DNA of 64,000 bases. It comes from Veleropilina oligotropha (taxonomy: Eukaryota). Location: assembly GCA_048128005.1 (NCBI GenBank), contig JBEUKZ010000123.1:62001-126000 (forward strand). The letters run 5' to 3'. The notes under the pieces were generated by a model. It worked only from the letters and a program-made list of their open reading frames with translations, did no database searches and had not been told where the DNA came from. The position numbers and the translations under genes are program-made. Of the stretch, positions 1-11,631 are shown one piece after another; position 1 is the stretch's first letter, and the number at the start of each line of letters is the position of its first letter.

Positions 1-2
1 AG

Positions 3-1856
3 CGAACAGCTGAACAGGGCAGACCATCCCCATCCTTTTCTTCGGCCTCGAAGAATAAGGGGACAGTTAGTCCTTCTGCGGGAAACTCACCGTCTTCCTA
101 CGGTGACAGACCCAATGCAGAGAAAGCCTTTAAAGAGGCCGGGCACCTACTTGTAGGTCTAAGACTCGGACAATCGGCGAAACCTGAATCCTCGGTCGAG
201 AACGATGCGACTTCCCCTAGGGGTTTTCCGCTCAACCTCGAAGCTCACGAGACATTCAGAGGGCCCGGTCTCTCCCGTGCACCCACCGTGGTCACGCTAG
301 AGAACGTGGACAGACCGGCTGCGTTCGGGACGGGGTTCTACGGCGGTTTTCCGTCCGTGCCTCGCTCGAACAGAGTGGTAGACCGATCAGAACTGTTGCC
401 GCAGTCCTATCGGTCGTCCGGCCCACTGACTGCGCCTCCGGGCCAGTCCTTCGGGTTCGACCCCTCGACAAGTGCCCGTGGACCCTGGTCCTCGGTTCGA
501 CCTGTCAATGCAGCCCGTCTACCTAGCGCCACGGTTACCTCGACAGAACTACCGGCTGTTAGTTCGTCGCCCGTCCTGCCTCCGGGTTTCTCTTTTGAGA
601 ACGTCCAGGCATGGATCGCGGCGGGGATCGAGGAACGGTGTAAGGCCTGGCCGACGGCTCCCGAGCCGCACCTGGTACCTACACTTCTGCCCATGGCGCA
701 GAGCACGGCTCCTGCCTCAGTGATAGACATCGACCCTCGTTCCGACGAGGATCTCTGTTCAAATCACACCGACCTCCCTGAATCGGTCGGGTCCGAAGAC
801 ATTAGTCTTACAGGCACGCAGGAGCCGACCTCCTCCACCCGCCGAAGGCTCGACGCTGTTGCGTCACTTCGCGGGGTGCTTGGCTTGTCGGAACCGACTC
901 GGTCGGCTGTAGACGTAGCCAAGCATAGGACGGCAGCACATCGGTTTGTTGCGAGGGAAGCCCCCGAGCTCCCCTCCTTACCTCAGTCCGGGCTGGTGGA
1001 TCTTGTTGTAGACTCGATCACCAAGCTCGTTCAGGGGCGCAATCCGGTGGAGTCCTCCCCGCTGAACGAGTTCCCTTCGGGGTTCCGTAGTGGGAGGTAC
1101 CTCCGGGCCAGTACTCGAGCGATCCCGTTCGAATGCACTGGCCCGTGCCTGGCGACTGAGCCGGCTCGTGTTGACGCTTCGTTGCGTCGACTGACCGCCA
1201 GTCACCCTCCCTCCGTAGCGAAAGTTCCTTGGTCCGCCTTGGAAGCTTTCGAGAGCTCCGCCCGACGGGCTCTGCGGCTATCGTCCGTTCAGGATTTTTT
1301 CCTAGACGGGGCGATAGCCGTATTACAGGAGAATGGACCCGGCGCCACCGAGGCTGCCCTGTCCTTCCTCCAGGAGGTTGCTGCCGCGCAGGAGACCAGC
1401 GCGTTGGAGACGGGACGTGTCCTGGGCAATGCCCTCCTACTTCGTAGGGATGCTTGCCTGGAAGGTACCTCGCTGGACGAGCCCACCCGGCGCTCGTTGC
1501 GATGCGTACCTTGCTCGGCCACCACTCTCTTTGGTGACAACTTCACGGAGTTTGTTGACAAGAGAGCGGCGGACATTAAGGACCGTGCCATCGAGAAGGC
1601 AGTACTGCTCCCCACCCGGGGTCCACCTGCTAACTCGAAGAAGCGCTCCGGGCCCACCCCGGCCCCGAAGCCTTCTAAGCGTGCGAAGCCCTCTTCGGGT
1701 GGTAGGCCTCCGGCCAATAAACCCACTCCAAAGAGGCGAGCACCTCCAGCGAAAATCCCGCAAGCAGAGCGGGATAGGGAAGCCTCGGCCCTAGGGCTGC
1801 CGGCATTCGCGACGGCCCCAGTTGCCCGCTCCCGCCGGTGGGAGCGTGCCTGTTAG
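3..1856 (+). CDS. DIRS Gag-like ORF1, partial; C-terminus altered by a 1-nt indel relative to copy 2
   Basis: Same protein as 18718-20964. GAAAATCCC here versus GAAATCCC in copy 2 near 1752. Confidence 0.85.
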   Translation, partial: RTAEQGRPSPSFSSASKNKGTVSPSAGNSPSSYGDRPNAEKAFKEAGHLLVGLRLGQSAKPESSVENDATSPRGFPLNLEAHETFRGPGLSRAPTVVTLENVDRPAAFGTGFYGGFPSVPRSNRVVDRSELLPQSYRSSGPLTAPPGQSFGFDPSTSARGPWSSVRPVNAARLPSATVTSTELPAVSSSPVLPPGFSFENVQAWIAAGIEERCKAWPTAPEPHLVPTLLPMAQSTAPASVIDIDPRSDEDLCSNHTDLPESVGSEDISLTGTQEPTSSTRRRLDAVASLRGVLGLSEPTRSAVDVAKHRTAAHRFVAREAPELPSLPQSGLVDLVVDSITKLVQGRNPVESSPLNEFPSGFRSGRYLRASTRAIPFECTGPCLATEPARVDASLRRLTASHPPSVAKVPWSALEAFESSARRALRLSSVQDFFLDGAIAVLQENGPGATEAALSFLQEVAAAQETSALETGRVLGNALLLRRDACLEGTSLDEPTRRSLRCVPCSATTLFGDNFTEFVDKRAADIKDRAIEKAVLLPTRGPPANSKKRSGPTPAPKPSKRAKPSSGGRPPANKPTPKRRAPPAKIPQAERDREASALGLPAFATAPVARSRRWERAC

Positions 1857-4779
1857 CACACAGCCAGCCCTGGCTAGAGCTGACAGACAGCAACTGGGTC
1901 CACTTAGTCGTGAGTGCCGGATACAAGTTGGCATTCAACCGGCATCCGACCTTAACCGAGGCACCACCAACAAGACACGCTCGCCTCCTAAACGGAGAGA
2001 AACAAGCGGTCTTAGACCAGGCAGTGCGGGATTTGCTCCTAAAAAGAGCGATATATCCCGCGCCGCCCAGCACACCAGGATTTTACAGCCATTTCTTCCT
2101 GGTCCCGAAACCCGATGGCCGCTGGAGACCGATCCTCGATCTCTCGTACCTAAACCTATATCTTCGTACCGAGAAATTCCAGCAAGAAACCCTCTCGAAG
2201 ATTCGAGCGGCCATCCGTCCGGGCGACTGGGCAGCGTCTATCGATCTCGCCGACGCGTATCTGCATGTCCCGATGCATATCACGGCTCATCAGTACCTTC
2301 GGTTTATACACGGGGAGACGATCTACCAATTCAGGTGCCTACCGTTCGGTCTATCGTCAGCCCCGTACGTCTTCACGAGAACAGTACAGGCCCTGGGGGC
2401 CTTCCTACACTCTCTAGGGCACAGGGTACATATGTACCTCGACGACTGGCTGATCCTCGGGGCGTCCCGAGATCTGTGCCTCCGGTCTACGAGCTTTACC
2501 CTGTCATCGACGAAGCGCCTGGGATTTCAGATCAACGAGACAAAATCCTGCTTCGTGCCCTCGACGACGTTTACGTTCCTCGGAGTCGACTTCGATACGG
2601 TCCGGTACACCGCGAAGCCGACCCAGAAGCGTATGCGGAACCTACGCGCGGTTATCCAAGACACCCTGTCATCGGACATAACTACGGCGCGACAACTGGC
2701 CACTGTCCTGGGGCACATCGAGTCGGTAGCGCCCCTGCTACCGACGGGTCGCATGGACAAAAGACCGTTACAACAGGCTTTCAGGGATCGCTGGATACAA
2801 CGGACGGGGCAGTGGAAGGATCGCATCGATCTACGGCATTGGTTTACCGACACGACAGCAGTGTGGTTGAACCCCGCTTTGCCGGACCAGTCGGTTCCTA
2901 TATCCCCACCAGAGCCGAACGCTTACCTGTTCACAGACGCTTCGAACGACGGCTGGGGTGGTCACCTCGACAGTTACGAGACATCAGGCCTATGGCCGAC
3001 AGACCTTCAGGGACGACATATCAACTTCCTAGAGTTAGAAGCCGTCTACCTGTCAGTACGGTCCCTCTCGTCACATCTCCGCAACAAGCATATAATGCTC
3101 GCCACGGACAACACGACTGTCGTCGCTTACATACAGCACCAGGGCGGTACACGCTCGCGTCCCCTATGCGACCGAGCAATAGACCTACACCGCTTAGTGA
3201 TGTCCCTCAACTCGACGATTCGAGCCCGACACATCCCGGGAAAGCTGAATGTCAGAGCGGATTCGCTCTCTCGGAGATCACAGATTATACACACAGAGTG
3301 GACGCTACACAGCCGAGTAGCTCGGGATGTTTGCCGCCGGTGGTCGCAACCCCAAGTCGACTTGTTTGCAACAGAATTCAATTACCGACTACCTCTGTAT
3401 GTCTCCCCGTACCCAGACCCGGCCGCCCTGGCGGTCGACGCAATGTCAATGACATGGGAGAATCTGTCCGCGTATGCCTTCCCTCCGACGTGCATTCTAT
3501 CACTGGTATTACAGAAGGCAGCGACCGAACGTTGCGAGATAACGCTAATAGCGCCCCTTTATCGCACGCAACCTTGGTTTCCGACCCTCCTCGATCTGAT
3601 CGTCGATCGACCGTTAGCGTTACCGCAGAAACTAGACCTGTTAATGCAACCACGCACCCGTGTACTCCACGAGTCGCCGAACCACTTACGTTTACACGCC
3701 TGGCGGTTATCGAACGATCCCTTGCTAAGAAAGGATTTTCTAAAGCTACAGCCTTACGTATCTATCGATCGAGAAGGATTTCCACTACAAAAGTCTATGA
3801 CTACCGATGGGTTAAGTACGTGGATTGGTGTCACAGCAGGCAGATCAATATACTCCGTCCCCCTGTGAACAAGTTTATCGAGTTTTTATCGTCGCTCTTC
3901 GACCGCGGTATGTCAGTGTCCGCCGTCAAAGGCTATCGGGCAACGATCGCGACCACGCTAAAGCAGTGTCGTGCCCATGCTGGCCTATCAAGCGACCGAA
4001 CGATATCAGATTTTATACGATCTTATGAACTCGAGATACCGACCCGAAGAATTAAGCCACCTGCCCGGAATATCGTACTTATTCTTAACGCATTACTCTT
4101 ACCCCCGTATGAGCCGATGTCCGAGATAACCATGAGGAACTTGACGCACAAAACAGTTTTTCTGATCGCCTTAGCGTCGGGCAGGCGTTGTTCCGAGATT
4201 CATGCTTTCTCCTCCGAGCTAAGAGACATACGATTCCAGTCAGACGGGTCAGTGATACTGCGTCCCATTCTGGGCTTCTTAGCCAAGAACCAGCGGCCGA
4301 ACGAGGACGCACCCGATGTTGTTATTCCCATGCTAACGCTAGTCGGAAGGCGCGACGCAGACCGCTTCAATTGCCCGGTCCGGGCGCTTCGATTCTACCT
4401 AGACAGAACCCGTGAGTTGCGACAGGGAAAATTACGTTTATTCATATCGTATTTGCCCACCTACACCCGCGACATTACGAGGACTACTGTTTCGCGGTGG
4501 ATTTCACAAACTGTGAGAGATGTTTACATCCGTTGTGATGACGACGACCGAACTATTTTATCGGTCCGCGCACATGAGGTCCGGGCCATTGCAGCGTCTG
4601 TAGCCTTCCGCCATAATCTAAATATCAATGCGTTACTACAGGCCGGATATTGGAAAAACGCTAACGTGTTTGTCAAACATTATCTGCGCGACTACTCAAC
4701 CGGGGCTGATGGCCTAAGCAGTTTGCACTGTGTTGCTGCACAACGGGTCATTGTTAGACCGAGGTCTTCTAATCAGTAA
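1822..4779 (+). CDS. DIRS tyrosine recombinase ORF with long N-terminal extension overlapping RT; YR proper about 3700-4779
   Basis: YR catalytic motifs SGRRCSE (R), KNQ, HEVR (HxxR), GYW, KHY. Confidence 0.93.
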   Translation: MPAPAGGSVPVSTQPALARADRQQLGPLSRECRIQVGIQPASDLNRGTTNKTRSPPKRRETSGLRPGSAGFAPKKSDISRAAQHTRILQPFLPGPETRWPLETDPRSLVPKPISSYREIPARNPLEDSSGHPSGRLGSVYRSRRRVSACPDAYHGSSVPSVYTRGDDLPIQVPTVRSIVSPVRLHENSTGPGGLPTLSRAQGTYVPRRLADPRGVPRSVPPVYELYPVIDEAPGISDQRDKILLRALDDVYVPRSRLRYGPVHREADPEAYAEPTRGYPRHPVIGHNYGATTGHCPGAHRVGSAPATDGSHGQKTVTTGFQGSLDTTDGAVEGSHRSTALVYRHDSSVVEPRFAGPVGSYIPTRAERLPVHRRFERRLGWSPRQLRDIRPMADRPSGTTYQLPRVRSRLPVSTVPLVTSPQQAYNARHGQHDCRRLHTAPGRYTLASPMRPSNRPTPLSDVPQLDDSSPTHPGKAECQSGFALSEITDYTHRVDATQPSSSGCLPPVVATPSRLVCNRIQLPTTSVCLPVPRPGRPGGRRNVNDMGESVRVCLPSDVHSITGITEGSDRTLRDNANSAPLSHATLVSDPPRSDRRSTVSVTAETRPVNATTHPCTPRVAEPLTFTRLAVIERSLAKKGFSKATALRIYRSRRISTTKVYDYRWVKYVDWCHSRQINILRPPVNKFIEFLSSLFDRGMSVSAVKGYRATIATTLKQCRAHAGLSSDRTISDFIRSYELEIPTRRIKPPARNIVLILNALLLPPYEPMSEITMRNLTHKTVFLIALASGRRCSEIHAFSSELRDIRFQSDGSVILRPILGFLAKNQRPNEDAPDVVIPMLTLVGRRDADRFNCPVRALRFYLDRTRELRQGKLRLFISYLPTYTRDITRTTVSRWISQTVRDVYIRCDDDDRTILSVRAHEVRAIAASVAFRHNLNINALLQAGYWKNANVFVKHYLRDYSTGADGLSSLHCVAAQRVIVRPRSSNQ
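1838..3868 (+). CDS. DIRS reverse transcriptase-RNase H-methyltransferase-like ORF (no ATG start)
   Basis: RT motifs RPILDL, SIDLADAY, LPFGLSSAP, YLDD; RNase H motifs FTDAS, LELEAV, TDNTT, ADSLSR; C-terminal DLFA...YAFPP. Confidence 0.95.
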   Translation: MGACLLAHSQPWLELTDSNWVHLVVSAGYKLAFNRHPTLTEAPPTRHARLLNGEKQAVLDQAVRDLLLKRAIYPAPPSTPGFYSHFFLVPKPDGRWRPILDLSYLNLYLRTEKFQQETLSKIRAAIRPGDWAASIDLADAYLHVPMHITAHQYLRFIHGETIYQFRCLPFGLSSAPYVFTRTVQALGAFLHSLGHRVHMYLDDWLILGASRDLCLRSTSFTLSSTKRLGFQINETKSCFVPSTTFTFLGVDFDTVRYTAKPTQKRMRNLRAVIQDTLSSDITTARQLATVLGHIESVAPLLPTGRMDKRPLQQAFRDRWIQRTGQWKDRIDLRHWFTDTTAVWLNPALPDQSVPISPPEPNAYLFTDASNDGWGGHLDSYETSGLWPTDLQGRHINFLELEAVYLSVRSLSSHLRNKHIMLATDNTTVVAYIQHQGGTRSRPLCDRAIDLHRLVMSLNSTIRARHIPGKLNVRADSLSRRSQIIHTEWTLHSRVARDVCRRWSQPQVDLFATEFNYRLPLYVSPYPDPAALAVDAMSMTWENLSAYAFPPTCILSLVLQKAATERCEITLIAPLYRTQPWFPTLLDLIVDRPLALPQKLDLLMQPRTRVLHESPNHLRLHAWRLSNDPLLRKDFLKLQPYVSIDREGFPLQKSMTTDGLSTWIGVTAGRSIYSVPL

Positions 4780-6117
4780 GTAGCCTATTGTTCTCTGATT
4801 GATCATTTGCATATTTACTGACGCCATTTTATTTTCGTTGGCCAAACGGTGCTATGTAATTAACACCTATGGGGCAGTTCAATGTCTGTTCATTTCTTAA
4901 ATCTAATTTAAGATTTTGTACTTCTCATGTCAGACTGAGTGTTGACATAAGCCAGATCACATTGAATTTAATAAAACAACTTTGATAATTTTGCACAAAT
5001 CTTAAAAAGATTAGGGTTCAATATTATTATGTTCTTTGCTGTAATCGAACATACGATGTTCAATACATTTAAAATGTTGATTCCTTAACATTTATTTTTA
5101 AGTAACATGTCGAACATTTTTGCTTCCTTAAAATTTATTTTAAGTGACATGTCGTCCATGTTAGCGTTCGCAAGTTGGTCATGCGAACTACTTATTAATA
5201 TCGATTATTATATAATCTATTAATTCTTTGCTTTTGATTTTAAAGCTTTCACAACCTGTTAGGTTCCGTGTGCTTACAAATCCGACTGCATCCTCTGGCT
5301 ACCGGCCTATAGGCCCGGAGTCCCATTTGGCTGCCACTGGTCCATGACACGTAAGACCTACAGGGATTTATCCTTCCGGCCGTGCCAGGGGCTGATTGCA
5401 CTTCCGTTCACCTCGTCCGACTAACACCACGGCGTATCCTCCCGGTAACACTGGTCAAAATTCTCGCCTGGTAAGAGTAGAATATAATACTCAGTAAAAA
5501 TTCCACTCTAGGCGGACACACTCGACGCTTCATGCTGATCGAATTGGTGAAAAAGTAAGTCATTATCTTGTTTGGGTTTGTTGTAAGGAACGTCTTACCC
5601 ACCTATCCAAGGTTATTCTGGCAAGAGTAAGGACGTAAGTATGTTTGTAACTATATATGAGGTTTTAATGTAAACCTAATATTAGTATAAAACATACTTA
5701 CGTCCTTACACGATTACCCACCCTGCGTTTCGCATTCCTCCCCTCTACTACGTTCCTTTGTGGTTTTTGAACTTTGAATTGATGTCATGTGACTTCTATT
5801 GTTCAGAAGTCTCACGAGACTTGGCGAAGTCTCGCTAGGGAACGTGGGGGGTAGGAGCAGGGGAGGTAACCGTGTGCTTTTTTGGCTTATAACGGTGCAT
5901 TATGGGACATATTCACCATTTCCGGTTTGGGCGATAATATGCTATTATGGCAAGAGTAAGGACGTAAGTATGTTTTATACTAATATTAGGTTTACATTAA
6001 AACCTCATTTTATCGCCGTTTTGTAATAAAAATCCAATTTGTGAATCTATTTTGTATTATACATGTACCGTATGTGTGATTAGTGATATGCTTGTGCAGA
6101 TTTCAATAGATTTATTA

Positions 6118-6464
6118 AATAATAATAATAATGTGAAGATTTATCTGCGCTTTCCCACACATACGAGATGCGTGCTCAAAGCGCGTACATTATTATTCCC
6201 TGGTTATTGGCCTGTTAATTCAATATTCCTTCTCAACTCTCCCTGAGAGTATTACGACCAAGTACTTGCCTGTTAGGCACTTGACCAGTCATTCTAACAT
6301 ATTCTGCCACTGCCAACCAGGTACCCATTTAGATCTCGGATCGGCTGGGTGAACCGAGGCAATATATGCTTAATTCCTTTCCCAAGTGAAGTCGCCGGGA
6401 TCGGGGTTGAACCCCAACCCTCTCGAGTGAGAGGCCAGTGCATCTACCACTGTACCACGGCTGC
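6118..6464 (-). mobile_element. tRNA-derived SINE with CORE-like centre and (ATT)n tail
   Basis: Minus-strand A box GTGGTACAGTGG, B box GGTTCAACCC, CTTGGGAAAG...GCCTCGGTTCACCCAG...AAATGGGTACC; second copy at 62011. Confidence 0.8.
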
Positions 6465-6846
6465 TAAATACTGTAACTTATTAAATCTGACTTTTACCTT
6501 TTACGTTTATTATAACTGTTGTCTTTGAATATATATGTACCCTAATTCCAAGCCTGTTCTGATAGGTCAATTGAGCCAGTTCAACTCTAGGGGTTTCCTC
6601 CCGCGATAATATGGACACTTGTTCTGCTTTGAACTTATGATGGTAAATATAAAGAACATTAAGCATCGATCCAATCTATTTAATCCCCAGCCTGACCACT
6701 GTTCAATCTGACATCGCACAGTGACGAGTGTCTGTCAGATGGTTGTGTCCTCTGATAACATGAGGGTCATCCAAGGAGACTCTTGTTGCTCATCAAGATT
6801 TGCACTGTCCTTAGAAGGTTCGACAAAGATACTGGTGGTCAGTCTG

Positions 6847-8057
6847 ATAGAGAAATTAAACTTGGGATCTCAATTGCGATGTGACCGAAAGCTTGTTTAG
6901 TGGTTGTACATGTATAACATACATGTATACTTTGCATACTATATAACAAACGAACCGACATTTATCACATATCCGGGTCTTTTTACATAGCGCCAAAGTG
7001 TGTATTAAAAACGATAATACATACTGTTTATAACGACATTCAAATTTTTGATTGATTTGATTGGATAATTTAATCAATGAATCAGAATAACAGCCAATGG
7101 TAGAGCGTGTCACAAAAGGTCATTTTCCATTGTGTACACAGGACTATTTTTACTATTTGCGATTACCCGATCAGAAAAAACATGGCCAAGGTCAAGGGAA
7201 AATACTGCAAATAACGACCAATATTTAGTTGTAATAATAGGAGCAGACATCCAGGTAAGATCGTTTAACTCCCGAAAGTCATTGTATACAAAATTCAATG
7301 TACATGATAAAAATTTGCAATTAGTTTCCGCTATTCACAATAGTAGGTGTCCATTTCATTTCATTCATGGTCGCCATCTTAACTCAGTTCGAACTGATTT
7401 TAGATGGAAATTAACATATTAACGTTGTATTTATATAAAATTAATATCAAAATGTTTATATTTGTTACCGTATACAAAGCCGTCAAATTTATCATGATTC
7501 TGATGTTGAAGATGTACGTTGAAGAATTATAGTCTGCAGCAGACTACACGTACCTCGCTTCAAACTGCCAGGATACGAAATCAACACTCAATACAACCTT
7601 CACGCTTCTTTAATGTTGTTTGAATTAAGCTTGTTGGATAGTATAATATTGAAATAAAAGCGACTTTAGTTCTTTTCATAACCACATTTGTTTCTCTTTA
7701 TAGTTAATAGAGTAGATGAAGAACGGATATATTTTTCACACATTGGCACTTTCGCATGACGTGAACAACCAATTTACAAATTTGCCTTCTGTCATATTAC
7801 TACGCCGCATAATTATGTCAGTAGTATTATGTTAGAATGTGACAGAAAAAATTAAAAACGTTTTTTAAGCTTGTTTATTTATAAGTTTGAGATATATGAT
7901 AAATAGAATCTCACATTCGTGGTCATTTAATGTCACATTTATGAAACTCGTTAACTAATTTTCATATTTTCCTTGGTAAAACTTCATAAAATATGAAAAT
8001 TAGTTAACTCGTTTCATAAATGTGATATTAAATGGCCACTCATGTGAGATCCTCTAT
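6847..8057. mobile_element. Putative non-autonomous Crypton-like element with a terminal ~140-bp hairpin
   Basis: Ends ATAGAG...CTCTAT; long inverted repeat at 7908-8050. The class is inferred from architecture only. Confidence 0.5.
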
Positions 8058-8312
8058 ATATCAAACGTATATGAACATTTTAGTAAAAGTATCTGAAACG
8101 TTATTCCATAATTCATGTTATTACGGCATCGGCGGGTGAGCGATTCTCAACCGAAGCTTTTAGTTGATCCTGGGTTCGAGGCCAGCAGCGTCTCATTCTA
8201 CTGCTTAAAATAACAGAAGGCATATAACCCTATCATATGTATGTCGGTGAAATCGAAGTGAGACCTTAAACCGGGCTAAAAAATTGACAAAAATGGTCAT
8301 AAATCAAGGTTG

Positions 8313-8341
8313 CCAACCAACCAACCAACCAACCAACCAAC
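8313..8341. repeat. (CCAA)n microsatellite, possibly the tail of a decayed SINE
   Basis: Direct reading; a GGTTCGAG B-box-like motif lies upstream at ~8172. Confidence 0.85.
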
Positions 8342-9059
8342 TGATCATGTTTATTACACAGGAAGAAACCTTTATGGTTCTCAACAATTTCTGTGACTTG
8401 CTGACTATTGCTATTCATGACTTTAACTTTGTCATGTTGGTTATCGCAACGCTATCAGGGTCAGTAAGACAGCCCGACCATTGTTCATTGTTATGCAGTA
8501 AAGATGTCTCACCCAGCATGTGGCATTATGCTGCTATTTAAATACACCAACACTCTGTTTTCAGTTAGCTGGCCTAGTTTTATTGATGTCATGTCTTGGC
8601 ATTATAGGTAACATCTGAATGTTTACCATCCATTAAGTTCGATTCTGATTAGGCAACAGGCCAACAAAGACTGTTCTTTTGAAGTTTCTCTGGTACATAA
8701 GCAGCCTATAATTTTGAGTCTATAACAAAGCAGACCCTTTTACAAGTATCCATAATGTTAAACAAATAAGTTTACTTAAGTAAATACTGCATATGAAATA
8801 AGTGTGTGCTAGGCCCACCAATGATTGGATATATTTATGATTTACACCTATTCTCATGATAAATGGTATCTTGCCTGCCGTGATTCAATTTAAGGTCGAA
8901 TTCCCATCTTGTTATTACTTGTAGATTCATAGCATGCAATGGGCGACGCGGCCTAGTGGTTATGGTATTGGACTATGGAAACTTTAAATCCACTTTTTTC
9001 TTGTTTCTGAATTAGATAGTCTTGCGTCTTTGTCAAAATACACATCCTTTTCATTGTTT

Positions 9060-9185
9060 GATACAACCATCCGGTTCAAGGCAAGACACGTCCAATGGAC
9101 CATAATATCGCGGGAGGAAAGCTTGGTCACCCGAGAAACCCGCCCTCTCCGGCCAGTTACGTACAACTGCGAATGATAACTGAAC
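9060..9185 (-). mobile_element. Fragment of the V-domain-like SINE
   Basis: Homologous to 15640-15740. Confidence 0.68.
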
Positions 9186-9479
9186 AAAGAATGTTAATTC
9201 CCCAACACCCATATTGAGATTTATTAGGTTATTTATCCAATACAAGTATCCAAACATAGTCCATATATATATATAAGAAAACCCCTCAGTTAAGAATATA
9301 TGTTATATATATAAATGTGACTCGAAAAACTATTTCCAACTTTTGTCTCAAGATACCTGATAACAATAATTATTGTTAAAGAATCCCATGCATCTATTTT
9401 GAATACTCTAGATGCAAGGCATTACCCTGATTATTGGATCTGTGATATGTATTTCACTTTTCCACCAGTAAAGGATTAA

Positions 9480-10060
9480 CTTTGTTTGCCTCTTGTCAGC
9501 AAAAAGTTAGCTTCTGTTTACACTCTGGCTGCATTTGATACCATCTAATCTGCACTTTCTCTCCACTATTTTCCAATGCGTAACCTTTCCGTTGACCTTT
9601 GATGCCTGTTGACGGTGTAGTCATATTTGTCAATCTTTCTGACCTCTCTGTGAACTGATATTCTGAATATGACTTCTTTGAAAACGTTGTCCAGATCTAG
9701 ACTCCTTGTTCCCTAGTCTCTTCATAATGTCCAAAGAACAACTGGACATGGTTTTGGGGACAAAGAGCTTCTGTGGGAGTGTTCTACGTGGGTATAATGA
9801 CTGGTGCTCATACCCACCGATGACAGCCAAATTGTGATGCTAAGTGTCTTATTATCATTGAGACATTCTTGCTATTATAGGCCCATTATCTTGAACCTCA
9901 TTCCAGTAGCATGAATGCATACCACTTTCTCTTGATAACCATATCTTACCATCAGGTCCATGGTCAAATGAGATTGTAATATCAGATTGATAGGCAGGTT
10001 TGAAGGTGTTCTCTGGTAATTGGTATATAATTGACTTGTTGTCAGAGGCAAGTGCTCAAC
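9480..10060 (-). pseudogene. Possible highly decayed piggyBac-like transposase C-terminal fragment
   Basis: Broken minus-strand YN...DLM...RKWY-like motifs and a Cys/Lys-rich tail across several frames; weak. Confidence 0.25.
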
Positions 10061-11631
10061 AAACTGATATGAATCTCAATTTGATATGATCTGCTTGATC
10101 TTTATTGATTATTGAAGTTTCCCAGATAAGAACATGAAGATAACACTTTTAGAAAGTAGTCAAATCTTCATCCCAATTTTTTTTTCAAGTGAATGCGTAT
10201 GATGGCAGTAATCTAGATATAATTATCTTAAATATGCATAGATCTGAGATTCTCATAATACAATAATTGCCAAGTGAATAAAATTTTACTCTTTGACTAC
10301 CATTATTCAAACAAGTCATAAATATATTTATTTTTTCATTGTTTTAATTTAAATTATAACTTCACTGTGCATACAATTGCAGCATATGGTCATTCTGTCC
10401 GCTGTTTGAATCTTTTGTTTACAAGTGGACAATTGTTCTGATTTCCTGTTTCCTTCCTACTTTCATTAAAACCATTTTCTTAAATCAATCCAGTATGGTT
10501 ATGCTAACAAAACGGCACCCAAGTGTGACCGAATATTGGCATTGGTCTCGTCATAACCCGGAACTTGTGCCCTTGACTCCAACCGTAACTTTCTGTAATA
10601 CTGTAATAGGTGCGCTATTTTTGTACAATCCGTAGTTCTCTGCATGATGTTTTTATCTCTGCCAAAATCAACACCTTCTGTTTTCTGCTCAGCGTAGGAT
10701 GTTAGATATCCTTATTGGTAAGCAATATCCTCTATTACTCAACCAGATAGCCATTCTCCATTCATGTTGTGCAGCATTTGGATGGTGTTGACGCGCGCGC
10801 ACATTGCTGGGTTGCTGTATTATGATAAGTTGGCCCTAATATGTCGCCTAATACTGACATTATGCTGCTGATAATATGCAGAGAGGCTGTAGAGTGCATG
10901 CATGTGTGGGCTGAGAGCCATCATGAACACTCATTGTTGCTTTTGCTTAAGTGTAAGTGTTTAGCATCACTGTTGCACCACGTACCTCCCTCTTACATCG
11001 CATAAATTTAAGTGGCAAGTTTTTGTTTTGAGTACTTTTTTGTATTTGTTTGCTAAGAGTGCTTGGCATAATGTTGTAAGATTACCGGTTTTTAGCATTG
11101 CTTATATTTACGCAATGATTTTCATGGTCAGGATTTTGTTTTTGTTTTGCTGGTGATGGTTCATGTATCTGCAGGCTTAATATTCTAACTCCAAGACACC
11201 ATTGGAGTATATGGCAGGTGATGCAACGTGGGCCCTGACAGCATGCAGATATCATGGGCTCGATAGACACAATTTATACATATATAATTATATACAACTT
11301 ACCGAAGTGCACTTTTGCTGTTACACATGATTTCAATAATTTGTTCATTGCTGCAGCTGATTGAAACTTCAAGACAATCCAAGATTAAAGTCTTCACCTG
11401 GTAACAAGGAACATTATGATGAAAGTGAAAATATCTCCAACTAATAGGTCCTTGCTAGAGCAGAAAACGGAAAGCCTGAAATGACATCATAAAATCTGGA
11501 TCCTGGTTCCGATTTGGATATTTTTGGGGGTATTTCCAGATCTATTTGCGTACTGAGCCTTGTGTTAAAATTTGAAGAAAATCAGACCAGTACTGTAGAT
11601 ACCAGGAAGCAGCCTCAGTCAGACATATATA

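Larger units (their letters stand above)
1..6008 (+). mobile_element. DIRS1-like tyrosine-recombinase retrotransposon, copy 1 (5' end outside the window)
   Basis: Collinear with 19172-25171 at >99% identity by eye. Contains Gag, RT/RH, YR, ICR (5619-5709) and right ITR (5770-5975), ending ...AAAACCTCAT. Confidence 0.96.

Noticed and set aside
8941..8982. tRNA gene suggested by GGCCTAGTGGTTA
   Set aside because: Only an A-box half is present, with no T arm or acceptor partner; probably a SINE head remnant.
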